From Candidatus Parcubacteria bacterium (GTDB taxonomy: Bacteria > Patescibacteriota > Minisyncoccia > JACPXH01): a DNA stretch of 64,000 nt. Positions within the stretch are counted from its first letter, which is position 1; each line of letters starts with the position of its first letter. The notes under the pieces were generated by a model. That model ran no database searches and was not told the DNA's origin. It saw only the letters and a list, made by a program, of their open reading frames with translations. This document shows positions 17,018-26,250 of the stretch, in pieces. The position numbers and the translations under genes are program-made. The stretch spans positions 4,516 to 68,515 of the forward strand of contig JACPXH010000013.1 in the NCBI GenBank assembly GCA_016196625.1, read 5' to 3'.

Positions 17018-18220
17018 TTACGCTTGGTGTCGAGGTTGATCGCCAGGCAGCAGTAGTTGTACCACCGCAAGCTCAAGGGGCAGCAACGGCAGCGGCGAGC
17101 GGCGCAGCTCGTTTTCTGCCCGGATAAACCGATCAATGACTCTGGTAAGCTGGTTAATCGGGAACGCGTTTGCGTGGGCGTGTACCGCGGCGAACTCCTC
17201 ATCGGTTAGAGATGTAGAGAGTGCAGCTTTGAGTTGGGGGCTTGCGGCGAGCACCATGGCTCGGCGCAGGTGCTGGATAAGGCCCTTGGTAAATTCGTGC
17301 AGGTTGATTCCGGCATCCGAAAGCTCGTGCAGGTTGTGCACGGCGCCGGCAAGGTTATGCGCAGAGAGTAAATCAACGAAGCCTGTGATTTTTTCAATGT
17401 TCACTCGGCCGAGGATGCTCTCTACGTGGGCGAGCGTGATCGGGCTTTCGCTGAACGCAATTACCTGTTCCAGCGTGCGTTCGGCATCGCGGAGCGATCC
17501 CTCGCCCGCGGCGGCAACTGTGCGCAAGGCCGCGGCCTCAATCTTCACTCCCTCGGCTTTGGTGAGCGTAGACAAGCGCGTTTCAATTTGTGGGACCGTA
17601 AATTTTTTAAAGTCGAACCGCTGAACACGCGAGAGAATCGTGGCCGGCATGCGTTCCACCTCAGTGGTGGCTAAGACAAAGATGGCGTGCGCCGGCGGCT
17701 CTTCCAGAGTTTTTAAGAGCGCGTTGAACGCTTCCTTGGTGAGCTGATGTGCTTCGTCAATGATGTAGGCTTTGTATTTTGCTTTGGCCGGCGCGAAGCG
17801 TATGCCTTCACGCAGCTCACGGATTTCGTCAATGCCGCGGTTGGAAGCCGCGTCAATTTCCACGAGGTCGAGGGCGACCCCTTTTGAGAATTCTTGGCAG
17901 GAGAGGCATTTGTTGCAGGGTTCAACGGATTTGTGGGGCCCGCCTTCGCCAAGGCTTCGGCGGATGCTCAATGTGTCCGCGGATTTTCCTGCGGAAATTC
18001 CGGACACATTGGCACAGTTGACGGTCTTGGCGAGGATGCGGGCGAGGGTGGTTTTGCCGGTGCCGCGTGAGCCTGCAAAGAGGTACGCGTGCCCCACGCG
18101 CCCCAATGCGATGGCGTTCGTGAGCGTGCTCACCACGTGCTCTTGCCCGACTACTTCGGCAAAGGTCTGCGGTCGGTATTTGCGGTAGATAACTTGGCGC
18201 ATCATTGCGCAGGATATCAC
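17018..18220 (-). CDS. dnaX: DNA polymerase III subunit gamma/tau
   Basis: AAA+ Walker A GSRGTGKTT, a zinc module CNKCLSCQEF and an SRC/sensor region. Confidence 0.85.
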   Translation of the reverse strand: MISCAMMRQVIYRKYRPQTFAEVVGQEHVVSTLTNAIALGRVGHAYLFAGSRGTGKTTLARILAKTVNCANVSGISAGKSADTLSIRRSLGEGGPHKSVEPCNKCLSCQEFSKGVALDLVEIDAASNRGIDEIRELREGIRFAPAKAKYKAYIIDEAHQLTKEAFNALLKTLEEPPAHAIFVLATTEVERMPATILSRVQRFDFKKFTVPQIETRLSTLTKAEGVKIEAAALRTVAAAGEGSLRDAERTLEQVIAFSESPITLAHVESILGRVNIEKITGFVDLLSAHNLAGAVHNLHELSDAGINLHEFTKGLIQHLRRAMVLAASPQLKAALSTSLTDEEFAAVHAHANAFPINQLTRVIDRFIRAENELRRSPLPLLPLELAVVQLLLPGDQPRHQA

Positions 18221-18282
18221 AGCGGCTCGCTACTCGGCTAGGCTCTGTCCAGTGGAGGCGTGTGCTCGTTTCTCGTGCGTCA

Positions 18283-18314
18283 ACATATTATAATACGATC
18301 GTATTATAATATGT
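18283..18314. promoter_or_regulatory. 32-bp perfect palindrome ACATATTATAATACGATCGTATTATAATATGT overlapping the start codon of the PaaX-like regulator; putative auto-operator
   Basis: Perfect dyad read directly. Half-site ATTATAATACGA. Related sites at 18967, 21361, 37578 and 49594. Confidence 0.5.
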
Positions 18315-18921
18315 GAACGGGAGGGAATCAGAGCGTATGAAGATAAACGGAGCGAAACCGGTGCGCCGGCGGCCGAAGCTACGCGGGCCTTCCCGGGAGT
18401 TCCTGCGGTATCTCGCCGTTGCCGGAGTCGTTGTGGCGATCTCATTGATTGCGCCGCAGCTTCCGGTACAGCTCCTCAAGAACTTCCTGCGCAGACGCCA
18501 CACGTTCGACCCGTCGTCCTTCAGGCAATTTGGTGCGCGTCTGCACAAGCAAGGGCTTGTCAAAATGCAGCAACGAGAAAGCATCCTTACGTTCCGTTTG
18601 ACTGCGGGGGGAGAACGTCTGGCGCAGCAGATCGCGCTCACTAACATCTCGATTGTTCGGCCGCCACGGTGGGATGGTCTTTGGCGGGTCGTCCTCTTTG
18701 ATATCCCGGAGCATGATCGCTTTACGCGGGATTCATTCCGCGCCCTCTTAGAGCGCATCGGATTTGTGAAGATTCAGCGGAGTGTGTTTGCTCATCCCTT
18801 TCCATGCGACAAAGAGATTGAGCTTGCCGTTCGAGTATTCCATCTCGATCGCTCGGTTATTCTGTTTACCGCGACGACTCTGAGCGACGATCGCAGACTC
18901 CGAAGTTTATTTAATCTGTAA
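18313..18921 (+). CDS. PaaX-family-like transcriptional regulator (wHTH + WDGxW domain)
   Basis: PRWDGLWRVVLFDIPEHD is comparable to E. coli PaaX PAWDGKWLLLLSEGLDKS. It is preceded by a wHTH-like segment and followed by GFVKIQRSVF. The start may be the ATG at 18337. Confidence 0.5.
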   Translation: MNGRESERMKINGAKPVRRRPKLRGPSREFLRYLAVAGVVVAISLIAPQLPVQLLKNFLRRRHTFDPSSFRQFGARLHKQGLVKMQQRESILTFRLTAGGERLAQQIALTNISIVRPPRWDGLWRVVLFDIPEHDRFTRDSFRALLERIGFVKIQRSVFAHPFPCDKEIELAVRVFHLDRSVILFTATTLSDDRRLRSLFNL

Positions 18922-19003
18922 GCCGAGCAGATTCTCGATCTGGTTTCTGATTTTCTGTTTGCCAAATTATACTACGATCGTATTATAATGCGTAAACGTT
19001 TGG
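18907..19003. repeat. About 95-bp segment (3' tail of the PaaX-like gene plus downstream near-palindrome 18967-18990), duplicated at 37517-37616
   Basis: About 97% identity to 37517-37616 (copies differ at 2 positions; TTTATTTAATCTGTAAGCCGAGCAGATTCTCGATCTGGTTTCTGATTTTCTGTTTGCCAAATTATACTACGATCGTA[T/G]TATAATGCGTAA[A/G]CGTTT). The site ATTATACTACGATCGTATTATAAT is a 24-bp dyad with one mismatch. Confidence 0.6.
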
Positions 19004-19092
19004 AGTATATAATATATGGGATACATAATGGGTATATGAAAACTACGGTCGGTAATCGGCGAAAACTTAGCACCGTGGCCGGAAAATCGAAA

Positions 19093-19135
19093 CGCAAAAA
19101 AGATTGGGGCGGGCAACCAGCTGGTTGCCCGCCCC
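19093..19135 (-). terminator. Rho-independent terminator
   Basis: GGGGCGGGCAACCAG/CTGGTTGCCCGCCCC perfect stem followed on the minus strand by AATCTTTTTTG. Downstream of the 19156-19452 gene. Confidence 0.6.
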
Positions 19136-19155
19136 ATCGTTGAAGGATCGTTGGG

Positions 19156-19452
19156 CTACTCGGTTCTGCCCGGCAGACGTTCGGTCGCCACACTATACAG
19201 CAGTCTTGCTCGGGAGCTTGGCAGCGGCCCCAGCGCACGATTGGCCTCGCGCAGGGCCTCGGCGTCATCCTCCGGCGACTCTACGGGCTCGAGGAAATCC
19301 GAGAGTTCGGCGAGCGTAAGCTGGAACGAATCCTCGTAGAGCTCGCCGATCGTAATGGTAAAAGTTACCGCATCCGGGTCCAGCGTCTCGTCGCGCGCCA
19401 CGCGAAGCGCGGCTTTGTCCGCCAAGAGACTCGCAAGCGAGTGAGCTATCAC
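19156..19452 (-). CDS. Acidic hypothetical protein (98 aa)
   Basis: Asp/Glu-rich ORF with a terminator immediately downstream. No motif. Confidence 0.4.
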   Translation of the reverse strand: MIAHSLASLLADKAALRVARDETLDPDAVTFTITIGELYEDSFQLTLAELSDFLEPVESPEDDAEALREANRALGPLPSSRARLLYSVATERLPGRTE

Positions 19453-19583
19453 CCGTTCGGGATCGTCGCGCGGGTCGAGAAGTTCCGAGAGATCGAGCCA
19501 AGCCTCTCCTCGCGCGGGGAACAGTTCTACCTGGAGGAGATTCTCGAACTCAATCGTAAGTTCCGGCTCCTCCGCTCCCAGAT

Positions 19584-19763
19584 CTACCAGTGGGCGCGAG
19601 AGGGTAAGTTGAACCGCGCGCGTCCGGCTTTCGGCAGCAGACGTGCCGAGAACGAACCGAGTACCCCTCCTCTCGCGGACCCCCTCGAAGTGGGGGTGAT
19701 GATTTGTCCGCTTCCGGCATCCGCTCCGCTGATGAGGCGGACGCCTTTCTTCTCCTTGGGCAT
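19584..19763 (-). CDS. Small basic hypothetical peptide (59 aa)
   Basis: ATG preceded by GGAGGGA. MPKEKKGVRLISGADAGSGQIITPTSRGSARGG... Low confidence. Confidence 0.25.
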   Translation of the reverse strand: MPKEKKGVRLISGADAGSGQIITPTSRGSARGGVLGSFSARLLPKAGRARFNLPSRAHW

Positions 19764-19813
19764 AATATTCCCTCCTTTCCCACGGCGCGCTCGAGCGCGC
19801 CGTGCGTACGAGG

Positions 19814-20335
19814 TTAAACTTGAGTTACCCTTCTGTTTCCTCGGAGCCACTTGGTCTGCTGGAGCCGGCCGGTTCGCCAATCGTAGGCGAAGGTCGCGGC
19901 GAACACAAGTCCGAAGAACAGGAATGCTGCCCGCTCATAGAAGGCTCCACTCACGAATACCACGGGCAACGCGGTCAGGGGCACCAGGTATACGAGTAGT
20001 GAGACGACGACGAGATTGTGGTACGTATCGGTGAGTGTATTCCTCCAGATACCGCTGGCTATCACTGTTGCGTCGAGAACCCCTACGGCGACGCTCGCCC
20101 AACCGATGGCGAGCTGATTCCGACGGAGCCACTCCGGCGCGCCCTCGCGTTGGAGCACTGTGACTCCGATCATCACACAGACGATCAACGCCACGTCTCC
20201 GTACGCGTTTGAGAGCGCGATGTTATATGGGAACCCCTCGAAGTATCGACGGCCTAGCGGCAGGATGCCGATACACAGGAAGAAGAGAACCGCGAACGTG
20301 AGCCAGATCGGCATTGCGGCTAGCAGGTTGAGCAC
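19814..20335 (-). CDS. Integral membrane protein (about 5 TM), hypothetical
   Basis: Hydrophobic helices throughout. No motif. Confidence 0.45.
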   Translation of the reverse strand: MLNLLAAMPIWLTFAVLFFLCIGILPLGRRYFEGFPYNIALSNAYGDVALIVCVMIGVTVLQREGAPEWLRRNQLAIGWASVAVGVLDATVIASGIWRNTLTDTYHNLVVVSLLVYLVPLTALPVVFVSGAFYERAAFLFFGLVFAATFAYDWRTGRLQQTKWLRGNRRVTQV

Positions 20336-20504
20336 GGCGTACCCCCTCTTCTGTTTTTCGGCTCGGTCATTCGAGCCGAGGTTTGAGTAAAAAGAACGCC
20401 CGATTCCTCCTTCTCTAAAAGCACTACTCGGTAATGCTCTCGGAAAAGGTTGGGAGAACGAGCGGCTGTCCCGCAGGATAGACCAACTCGTTCTCCCGAT
20501 AACG

Positions 20505-21050
20505 CTAGGCGGTCTCGGCGCGCTTGATCACCGTGAGCATCTCGTCCAGCAGCTCGCGGCGTTTACGGATTGCGATGAGACTCGTTTCGCGGCGCTTTTC
20601 GGCCCTCGCGAGCGCATTACGGAACGCCGAGACGACCTCATCGAAGAAGAAGAACTCCCAGGTTGGTTGACCACTATCCTCGGTACAGTGGAGATGGAAT
20701 CTGCGTGCAGGGCAGATCCGCAGAACCAAAAAGGTCCCTTTCTCTCCCAAGCACAGCTCCTCGTCCAGGTCGGTCCCGTTGATGGCGTCGTGGACCTGCT
20801 GTCGCAACAGCCGTACCGACCTCTCCTTGGTAAAATGGTTGGGGGGGAGCTGGGGACAACGCTCGCCGTGCGCGGCGTAGATCCACTCGATCGGTACCGC
20901 GATGTGTCCAAGGATCGGTTTCAGACGTTGCACGAGCTCGGAGACGATTTCTCTCGCCTTCGCTGCGCACTCGAGATCCCGGACGGTCGAGTCTTCACCG
21001 TACATGAGATCATGAACGCGGAAACTTGTCGGACTGTTGGGCGTACCCAT
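20505..21050 (-). CDS. Hypothetical protein (181 aa)
   Basis: ATG at 21048-21050. No recognisable domain. Confidence 0.4.
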   Translation of the reverse strand: MGTPNSPTSFRVHDLMYGEDSTVRDLECAAKAREIVSELVQRLKPILGHIAVPIEWIYAAHGERCPQLPPNHFTKERSVRLLRQQVHDAINGTDLDEELCLGEKGTFLVLRICPARRFHLHCTEDSGQPTWEFFFFDEVVSAFRNALARAEKRRETSLIAIRKRRELLDEMLTVIKRAETA

Positions 21051-21360
21051 TGTCAGTCCTCCGTTCGTCTGCGCGCGCCGTATGTGGCGCTACGGCTGCC
21101 GAGATTCCTCTGCGGCAACGAAGAACAGACTGGCTAGAAATCCCCTCTTCGCTGCCGCAGAAATGGCTTTGGTTCTGAAAACTTGTTTAGCGTACTATAC
21201 TCTTTACTGCATTTACTGTCAATAGGAAAGAGACGGGTTTTCAACCGGCTGTATGTATCGGACGATGAGGTCCTTCGCTTCTTGATAAGCTCGAGGCTCA
21301 GGATGACGCCTTGCGTCACTTCGTCATCCCTCGACGAGCTCGGGACTCCTCACATTTACG

Positions 21361-21386
21361 CATTATAATACGATCGTAGTATAATG
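21361..21386. promoter_or_regulatory. 26-bp near-perfect palindrome CATTATAATACGATCGTAGTATAATG (PaaX-like site family), solo copy
   Basis: One mismatch in the dyad. Lies about 95 bp beyond the 3' end of the giant gene. Confidence 0.45.
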
Positions 21387-21481
21387 TGGCAGACAAAAAA
21401 TTAGAACTAGAGACAGAATTTAAACTCTGTCTGCTTAGCAATGACGCTCCGTGCGGGAGGTGCTGTGAGGCAACTGCGCAA

Positions 21482-24400
21482 CTAAACAGCCGTCGGCGGC
21501 TCGATCGCTTTACCTCCGACGATGAATTTTTTGAGGAAGGTCTCGACGGTCATCTGCAGCGGTCGCTCGCGGCTGGGCGTGATTTTGAGATAGTCTTGAA
21601 CACGTCGGGCAAGCCCGCCGAAATCACGCATAGCCGGAGAGTCTTTTTCAGCGAGTAGTCTTTCCACGGTTAAGGTTTTGAGTTCGGCTAATTTACTCGA
21701 AGGCAGCTCAACGGATTTGAGCAGTTCGGAGAAAGCTCGCTGCTGGCTTCCAAAATCCGGCGAGAGGGTCAGGCGCTGGCGGGTCGCATCGAGCCGCTGC
21801 ATCTCCTCGAAGATGGCGCTCTCGCGCGCTTGGTTGTCGGCGGCGTTGTGCCACTCGTACTCAAGGCGTTGGCGGACGTCGTGGATGCGCTGGAGCACCT
21901 CTTCCTGTTTGATCAAATCCGCCTGTCTAAAGTCGCGGTGCAGCTCGTCCAGCGCGGAGGAAAATTCATCGGGTGGAGCAACGGCAATCTGCTCCACTTG
22001 TTTGGTTATTTCAGCCGAAGGAGCAATTTTCTCTTGTAGCCACTCGGGCACTTCCTTGCCCAAGCGGCGGTAGATGTCGGCCAAGTCCTTCGCCGTGCCC
22101 GTGGCAAGGCCGCTTTCCGGGATTACTTCAAAGTGCGCCGGCGCGCCTTCCGCAGCTGACACAAACTTGACCACGTCCCCGGGATGAACCAAATCAGGCA
22201 GGTGCTGGACCGATTGTTCCCACGCCGCGGCAAACTCTTTGGCCGAAATTTTGCCCTCCCCTGCACCGACCAGAGATTTCGCCGCATCCCAGACGTTGCC
22301 GCCCTGCTCGATGGTTGCGGCCGGCGCCTGAGCGATTGCTTCGGTCAACGCGCTAGGTTCCGTTGCACCGTGCCATTCGCGCATTCCGACGGCCCTGGCC
22401 GCTTCGCGGAGAGCTTCGTTTTGCTGGTCTGATAGCTTAACTGCCTGTTCGATTTCTGCTTCGCTTAAGCCGGCCGGAACAGTTGGCGGAGTTTCCTGAA
22501 ATTGTTTGATCGCTTCTTCGCCCATCCCCTCCGGCTTTCCGTATGCGGCTTCATCATGGCTCGGCGGAGACGTGGCTTCGATGTGTCGAACCTCATCGCT
22601 CAACGAGCCAGAGGCGTGGGGGCCGCGCGTCAAATCTGCTCGGTCAAAACGCATCGCCGTGAACCGTTCGCTCGTATCGTTGAAGTTTTTCCACCAGTTT
22701 TGCGCCGCAGCCTCGGCGGCGCCCGACACGCTTTTCTCGGACAATTCGTCTGTTATAGCGCCAATCCCTTTTCCCTCAAACTCTGTCAGCAGTTCCTCTA
22801 CAACCTCCACGGGCGGCCTCTCGAGCAGGGCGTTGACCGCCGCACCGCCAATGCCGTAGGCAATGGCGAGTTTGCTTGCGGCTTGGAAGAATTCGCCCGT
22901 TCGCTCCAGGCCCGTTCGGCGCCCCCGCGCTTCTTTGGATCGCAGCATCCCGCCGGTCAGACCGTGGAGCGTTTCGGCCGTGCTCGTCAAAAACAGGTCC
23001 TTTGCTTGTGCGATTCTCTTGCCCCGGAATGACGCGGAATGTTCGCCGTCCCACGCGGCTTTTTCGTACGCGCGGCCCGCCTTTGCCCATCGCTCCGCAG
23101 CCGCGGTGGCCGCGTACGCAGCGCCGCGCAGCACCGGCATCCCGCCGAGCACAAGGGCGGTATTCAGCGCTTCGCGAGCCACCTGATAGCCGGAGATTTT
23201 GGTGTTGAGGTAGAGACGCGAAAGCTTGTCGGCGCGGCTCATATCTTCTTGGCGTAACTCTTCGTCGGTCCGTTTGCGTTCGGCCATGATGCTGGCAAGG
23301 CGTTTTCGAAACTCCTTTTTTTCGTGCGCCGGGAGGTACTGCGCCTGCTCAAGCGCCTCTTTGAAACGTTTGACCGTTGGCGCCACCGCCTCGGTGTAGG
23401 CAAGGTTGTCAGGTCGGTAGAGCGCCGTTCGCTCTTCGGCTGCCCGGCGCTCGGCGCGGAGCGTATGAGCCATTTCAGCAAGTGCTGCCTGCACTTCTCG
23501 TCGCTCTCGGCGGACTTTTCCGCGTTGGCGCCCCCACGCAAAAACGTCATAGAAGAATTTCACGCCCAGGAGGGAGCCTGCGGTTTTGGCCGCGGCAGCG
23601 CCAACGTGCTTGAGCACGCCGGCCGCCACCCGACCGGCTTTGGGCCGCTCGCGGCGTCTTTCGGCAGTAGCGTCAGACGGAGGAGCAGACTCGCGCATGC
23701 TGCGGGCAAGGGCATGCACGCGGGCGAGCGCATCCGCGATCTCGGGATCTCCGGGTTGGCGCGCTTCGGCCTTGTCTGCGCCCTGTGCAGTTTCAGCCAA
23801 AACCCGTGCGCGCTCTTCTCCCTCGCTGGCCGCCTCGGTTACGGCCGCTGCGTAGTCGTAGGCTGTCTCGCCATCAGCGGCGCGACTCGGCGAGGGGGCT
23901 TGTCGTTCGACTGGTTCGGTTTGGGTGGGTTCCGGTCGTTCAGGCGTAGCTGGTGGTATCGTTTGTTGCAGCAGCGCCCAGTGACTCTCTTCCGTAGTTT
24001 GTTGTCGTTGCGTTCGGGTCGGGCCGCCGTCGTTTGGAAATTCGTCTGGATGCTGTTCCAGCAGCCGTGAGGCTTGCGTGCGCGCCTCCGCTTCAGTGAA
24101 TACCGAGAGGTCGGCATTGGCCGCAATGACCCGGCGGATTTCATCTGCTTGAGCCGACTGTTCTTCGCGCTGGAGCCGTTCGGTTCGGGTCGGGCCGCTG
24201 GTCGGGTACAGATCCGGTCGGGTGAGGAGACGCTGGATCGCTTCTGCCCGGCTCATATCAACTCCGGCCGCGCGCGCTTCTTCCACCATGCGGTGGATTT
24301 CATCCTCATCAGGCGAAAGCGCCGGCTTTTCCGGCTCTGGCCGCGCTGCGGCGTCGGCCATCGCCGCTTCGTCGGCTGCGACCGTTGTCGTCATCTCACT

Positions 24401-25903
24401 CGCAGCGCGTCTGGCAGCCTTATCCGCAGCTTCTTCTGCGTCCGGCTTTGCCGGTCTGGTTGGCGCGGTTGTCAGCTCTTCGGCCGGGGGTTGGGCGGTA
24501 CCGGCACGGTGTCGCGCCCGCGCGCGGCGAAGCGAGTCTTCGTCCCAAGCCAGATCGCCTTCATCATAAACACGTCCACCCCTTGCCTTTCTTTGATTGC
24601 GCTGTTTTTGTGGTCTGGTTTCGTCTGCGGCCGGTGCTGGCGTTTCCGCTTCGATCGTCGTGAGAACATCCGGCTCTTTTTCTGCTAAGTCGTACGCTTC
24701 CCATTGACTGATGCCGTGCTGTTGAGCTAGACGGTTTACCAGTTCCCAGTGGTGGCGGGTCTGCTCATAGTTGCGGACGTTTGACGGGGCAGGCGGCGCT
24801 TCGCCTGGCTCAGGAGTCGGAGGTGGCGCCGGTTCGGGTTTTGGCTCTGGCGCGGGGGGCGTTTCCGGACCGGCGATTTGCTTGACGGCGTTCAATGAGT
24901 AGTAATGGATAATGTGCTCGCGCGCGGCACGCTCATCTCCGTTTGCGGTGCGCCCGGCCAAGGACCGTATTTCATTTTGGAGCTGCGCCGATTGCTCCGG
25001 CGTGAGCCCTTGGAGGAATGTTTCAATTTCGGTCTGCAGTTCGGGCGGATTTTCCGGATACTCGCGTTTTCCCCGGCGTTGTTCGGCAGGCGCAGGAGCG
25101 GGCGGGCTGACTACGCGCTCGCGCGACCAGTCCGGATAGCGGCGCAAAATCAAAAGACTCGCCTCACGGATCATTTGGGCGCGGTTTTCCGGCGTTACCG
25201 GTATTTCGTGGTTACTCAAAAAGATCTCTGCTTCTTTTTCAAGGAGTGCCTGTGTGTCTGTCGGCAGATTCGCAAGATCGCTCAAGGCATTCTCGAGCGC
25301 AGCTTTTTCCTCCGGAGTTTTGGGCGGGGCCGTCAGTTCAGCAAAAGTTTTCTCCCAGCGCTTTGGTCGTCGCGGCGCGGGAGTGGGCACTGGCTTTTCA
25401 CCGGAAGTCTCCGTGGCGGCAGGGGTTGGTTCGGCAGGCGGAGCTTCTCGGCCAGCCGCGTCGCTTGTCTCTTCGATTTCGGCAGCGTCAGCAGCCGGGG
25501 TACCTTCAGTTGTCTCAATCACGGCCGGGGATGGTAATGGCTCCACGGGTAGTCCGCGGGGCACGCTCCCCGCCCGCCGCGCGCGCCGGGTGTCTGGCTC
25601 TTCGTCAGGCTGACCCCCTATCTCTGGTGAGTCCTTTGCTCTTGGCGGGGGCGGAACGGTTTCGGCACGCTGGAGGAATTTAAGCCGTCTGTCGAGCGCC
25701 ATGAGCTTTATTTTCGCCTCGGGCCTTTCAAGAACGCCGAGCGCCTCGACTCTCCGCATTGCCTCCTCGTACGCTTCCTGCTCTTCGGGCAGGAAAGTTT
25801 CCCCGTTGTTGTTGCGCTTGGCTTCTTCGTAGGCAAACTTAATGAAATCGGCCAACGCCTGTTCATGACTTTCAGTCCACGGGTTTGGGATTTCTCTCGA
25901 CAT
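21482..25903 (-). CDS. Giant Ala/Glu/Pro/Arg-rich low-complexity protein (1473 aa from the ATG at 25901-25903), function unknown
   Basis: Single long ORF. Pro-rich linkers (PAPEPKPEPAPPPTPEPGEAPPAP) and predicted coiled-coil/helical acidic stretches. No signal peptide at MSREIPNPW. The listed start at 26044 would overlap the upstream gene. Confidence 0.65.
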   Translation of the reverse strand: MSREIPNPWTESHEQALADFIKFAYEEAKRNNNGETFLPEEQEAYEEAMRRVEALGVLERPEAKIKLMALDRRLKFLQRAETVPPPPRAKDSPEIGGQPDEEPDTRRARRAGSVPRGLPVEPLPSPAVIETTEGTPAADAAEIEETSDAAGREAPPAEPTPAATETSGEKPVPTPAPRRPKRWEKTFAELTAPPKTPEEKAALENALSDLANLPTDTQALLEKEAEIFLSNHEIPVTPENRAQMIREASLLILRRYPDWSRERVVSPPAPAPAEQRRGKREYPENPPELQTEIETFLQGLTPEQSAQLQNEIRSLAGRTANGDERAAREHIIHYYSLNAVKQIAGPETPPAPEPKPEPAPPPTPEPGEAPPAPSNVRNYEQTRHHWELVNRLAQQHGISQWEAYDLAEKEPDVLTTIEAETPAPAADETRPQKQRNQRKARGGRVYDEGDLAWDEDSLRRARARHRAGTAQPPAEELTTAPTRPAKPDAEEAADKAARRAASEMTTTVAADEAAMADAAARPEPEKPALSPDEDEIHRMVEEARAAGVDMSRAEAIQRLLTRPDLYPTSGPTRTERLQREEQSAQADEIRRVIAANADLSVFTEAEARTQASRLLEQHPDEFPNDGGPTRTQRQQTTEESHWALLQQTIPPATPERPEPTQTEPVERQAPSPSRAADGETAYDYAAAVTEAASEGEERARVLAETAQGADKAEARQPGDPEIADALARVHALARSMRESAPPSDATAERRRERPKAGRVAAGVLKHVGAAAAKTAGSLLGVKFFYDVFAWGRQRGKVRRERREVQAALAEMAHTLRAERRAAEERTALYRPDNLAYTEAVAPTVKRFKEALEQAQYLPAHEKKEFRKRLASIMAERKRTDEELRQEDMSRADKLSRLYLNTKISGYQVAREALNTALVLGGMPVLRGAAYAATAAAERWAKAGRAYEKAAWDGEHSASFRGKRIAQAKDLFLTSTAETLHGLTGGMLRSKEARGRRTGLERTGEFFQAASKLAIAYGIGGAAVNALLERPPVEVVEELLTEFEGKGIGAITDELSEKSVSGAAEAAAQNWWKNFNDTSERFTAMRFDRADLTRGPHASGSLSDEVRHIEATSPPSHDEAAYGKPEGMGEEAIKQFQETPPTVPAGLSEAEIEQAVKLSDQQNEALREAARAVGMREWHGATEPSALTEAIAQAPAATIEQGGNVWDAAKSLVGAGEGKISAKEFAAAWEQSVQHLPDLVHPGDVVKFVSAAEGAPAHFEVIPESGLATGTAKDLADIYRRLGKEVPEWLQEKIAPSAEITKQVEQIAVAPPDEFSSALDELHRDFRQADLIKQEEVLQRIHDVRQRLEYEWHNAADNQARESAIFEEMQRLDATRQRLTLSPDFGSQQRAFSELLKSVELPSSKLAELKTLTVERLLAEKDSPAMRDFGGLARRVQDYLKITPSRERPLQMTVETFLKKFIVGGKAIEPPTAV

Positions 25904-25920
25904 GATCGTGCTGATTGCGG

Positions 25921-26250
25921 TTACCTGTCTCTCCGTTCCTTCAACGCTCGCTCCAGTTCGGAAACTGCGGAGGTTGCTTGCTCGTTTATCTGTTTCTCGC
26001 GAGCACTGCGCTCCGCGGCGAATTGCCTCAACCGTTCCAACCACTGCGCATCAATAGCGGCTGTGGCTGCGTCCAACACTCGTTTCTCGAGTAAGTCAGA
26101 GAAACGCATAAGCTGTTCCGGGGTCATCTCGGGCAGCATGGCGAGCCACGCCTGCTTTTCGTCTTCCGGCAAGGGGGCCGTAGCCAACAGGAGGCCGAGC
26201 TTCCTGCCGAGCAAGCCAGCAAGGGTTTGGACTTTTTCAACGCTTGGCAT
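25921..26250 (-). CDS. Coiled-coil hypothetical protein (109 aa)
   Basis: ATG at 26248-26250 (MPSVEKVQTLAG...). Stop lies 17 nt before the giant-gene start. Confidence 0.4.
   Translation of the reverse strand: MPSVEKVQTLAGLLGRKLGLLLATAPLPEDEKQAWLAMLPEMTPEQLMRFSDLLEKRVLDAATAAIDAQWLERLRQFAAERSAREKQINEQATSAVSELERALKERRDR

Noticed and set aside
18221-18282. SRP RNA (ffs) upstream of dnaX
   Set aside because: No AGGAAGCAGC domain-IV motif on either strand.
18313-18921. Cas2 assignment for the WDGxW..QxSVF protein
   Set aside because: No CRISPR array or cas1 in the window. The N-terminal wHTH and the PaaX-like WDG motif fit a regulator better.
19441-20034. 197-aa plus-strand ORF
   Set aside because: Overlaps better minus-strand genes and reads through the RBS and start regions. 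Composition is non-protein-like.
21678-25683. Many plus-strand ORFs (e.g. 22502-23032, 23324-24070, 24074-24688, 24905-25537)
   Set aside because: They lie antisense inside the single 4.4-kb minus ORF and have Arg/Ala/Ser-rich composition typical of GC-rich non-coding frames.
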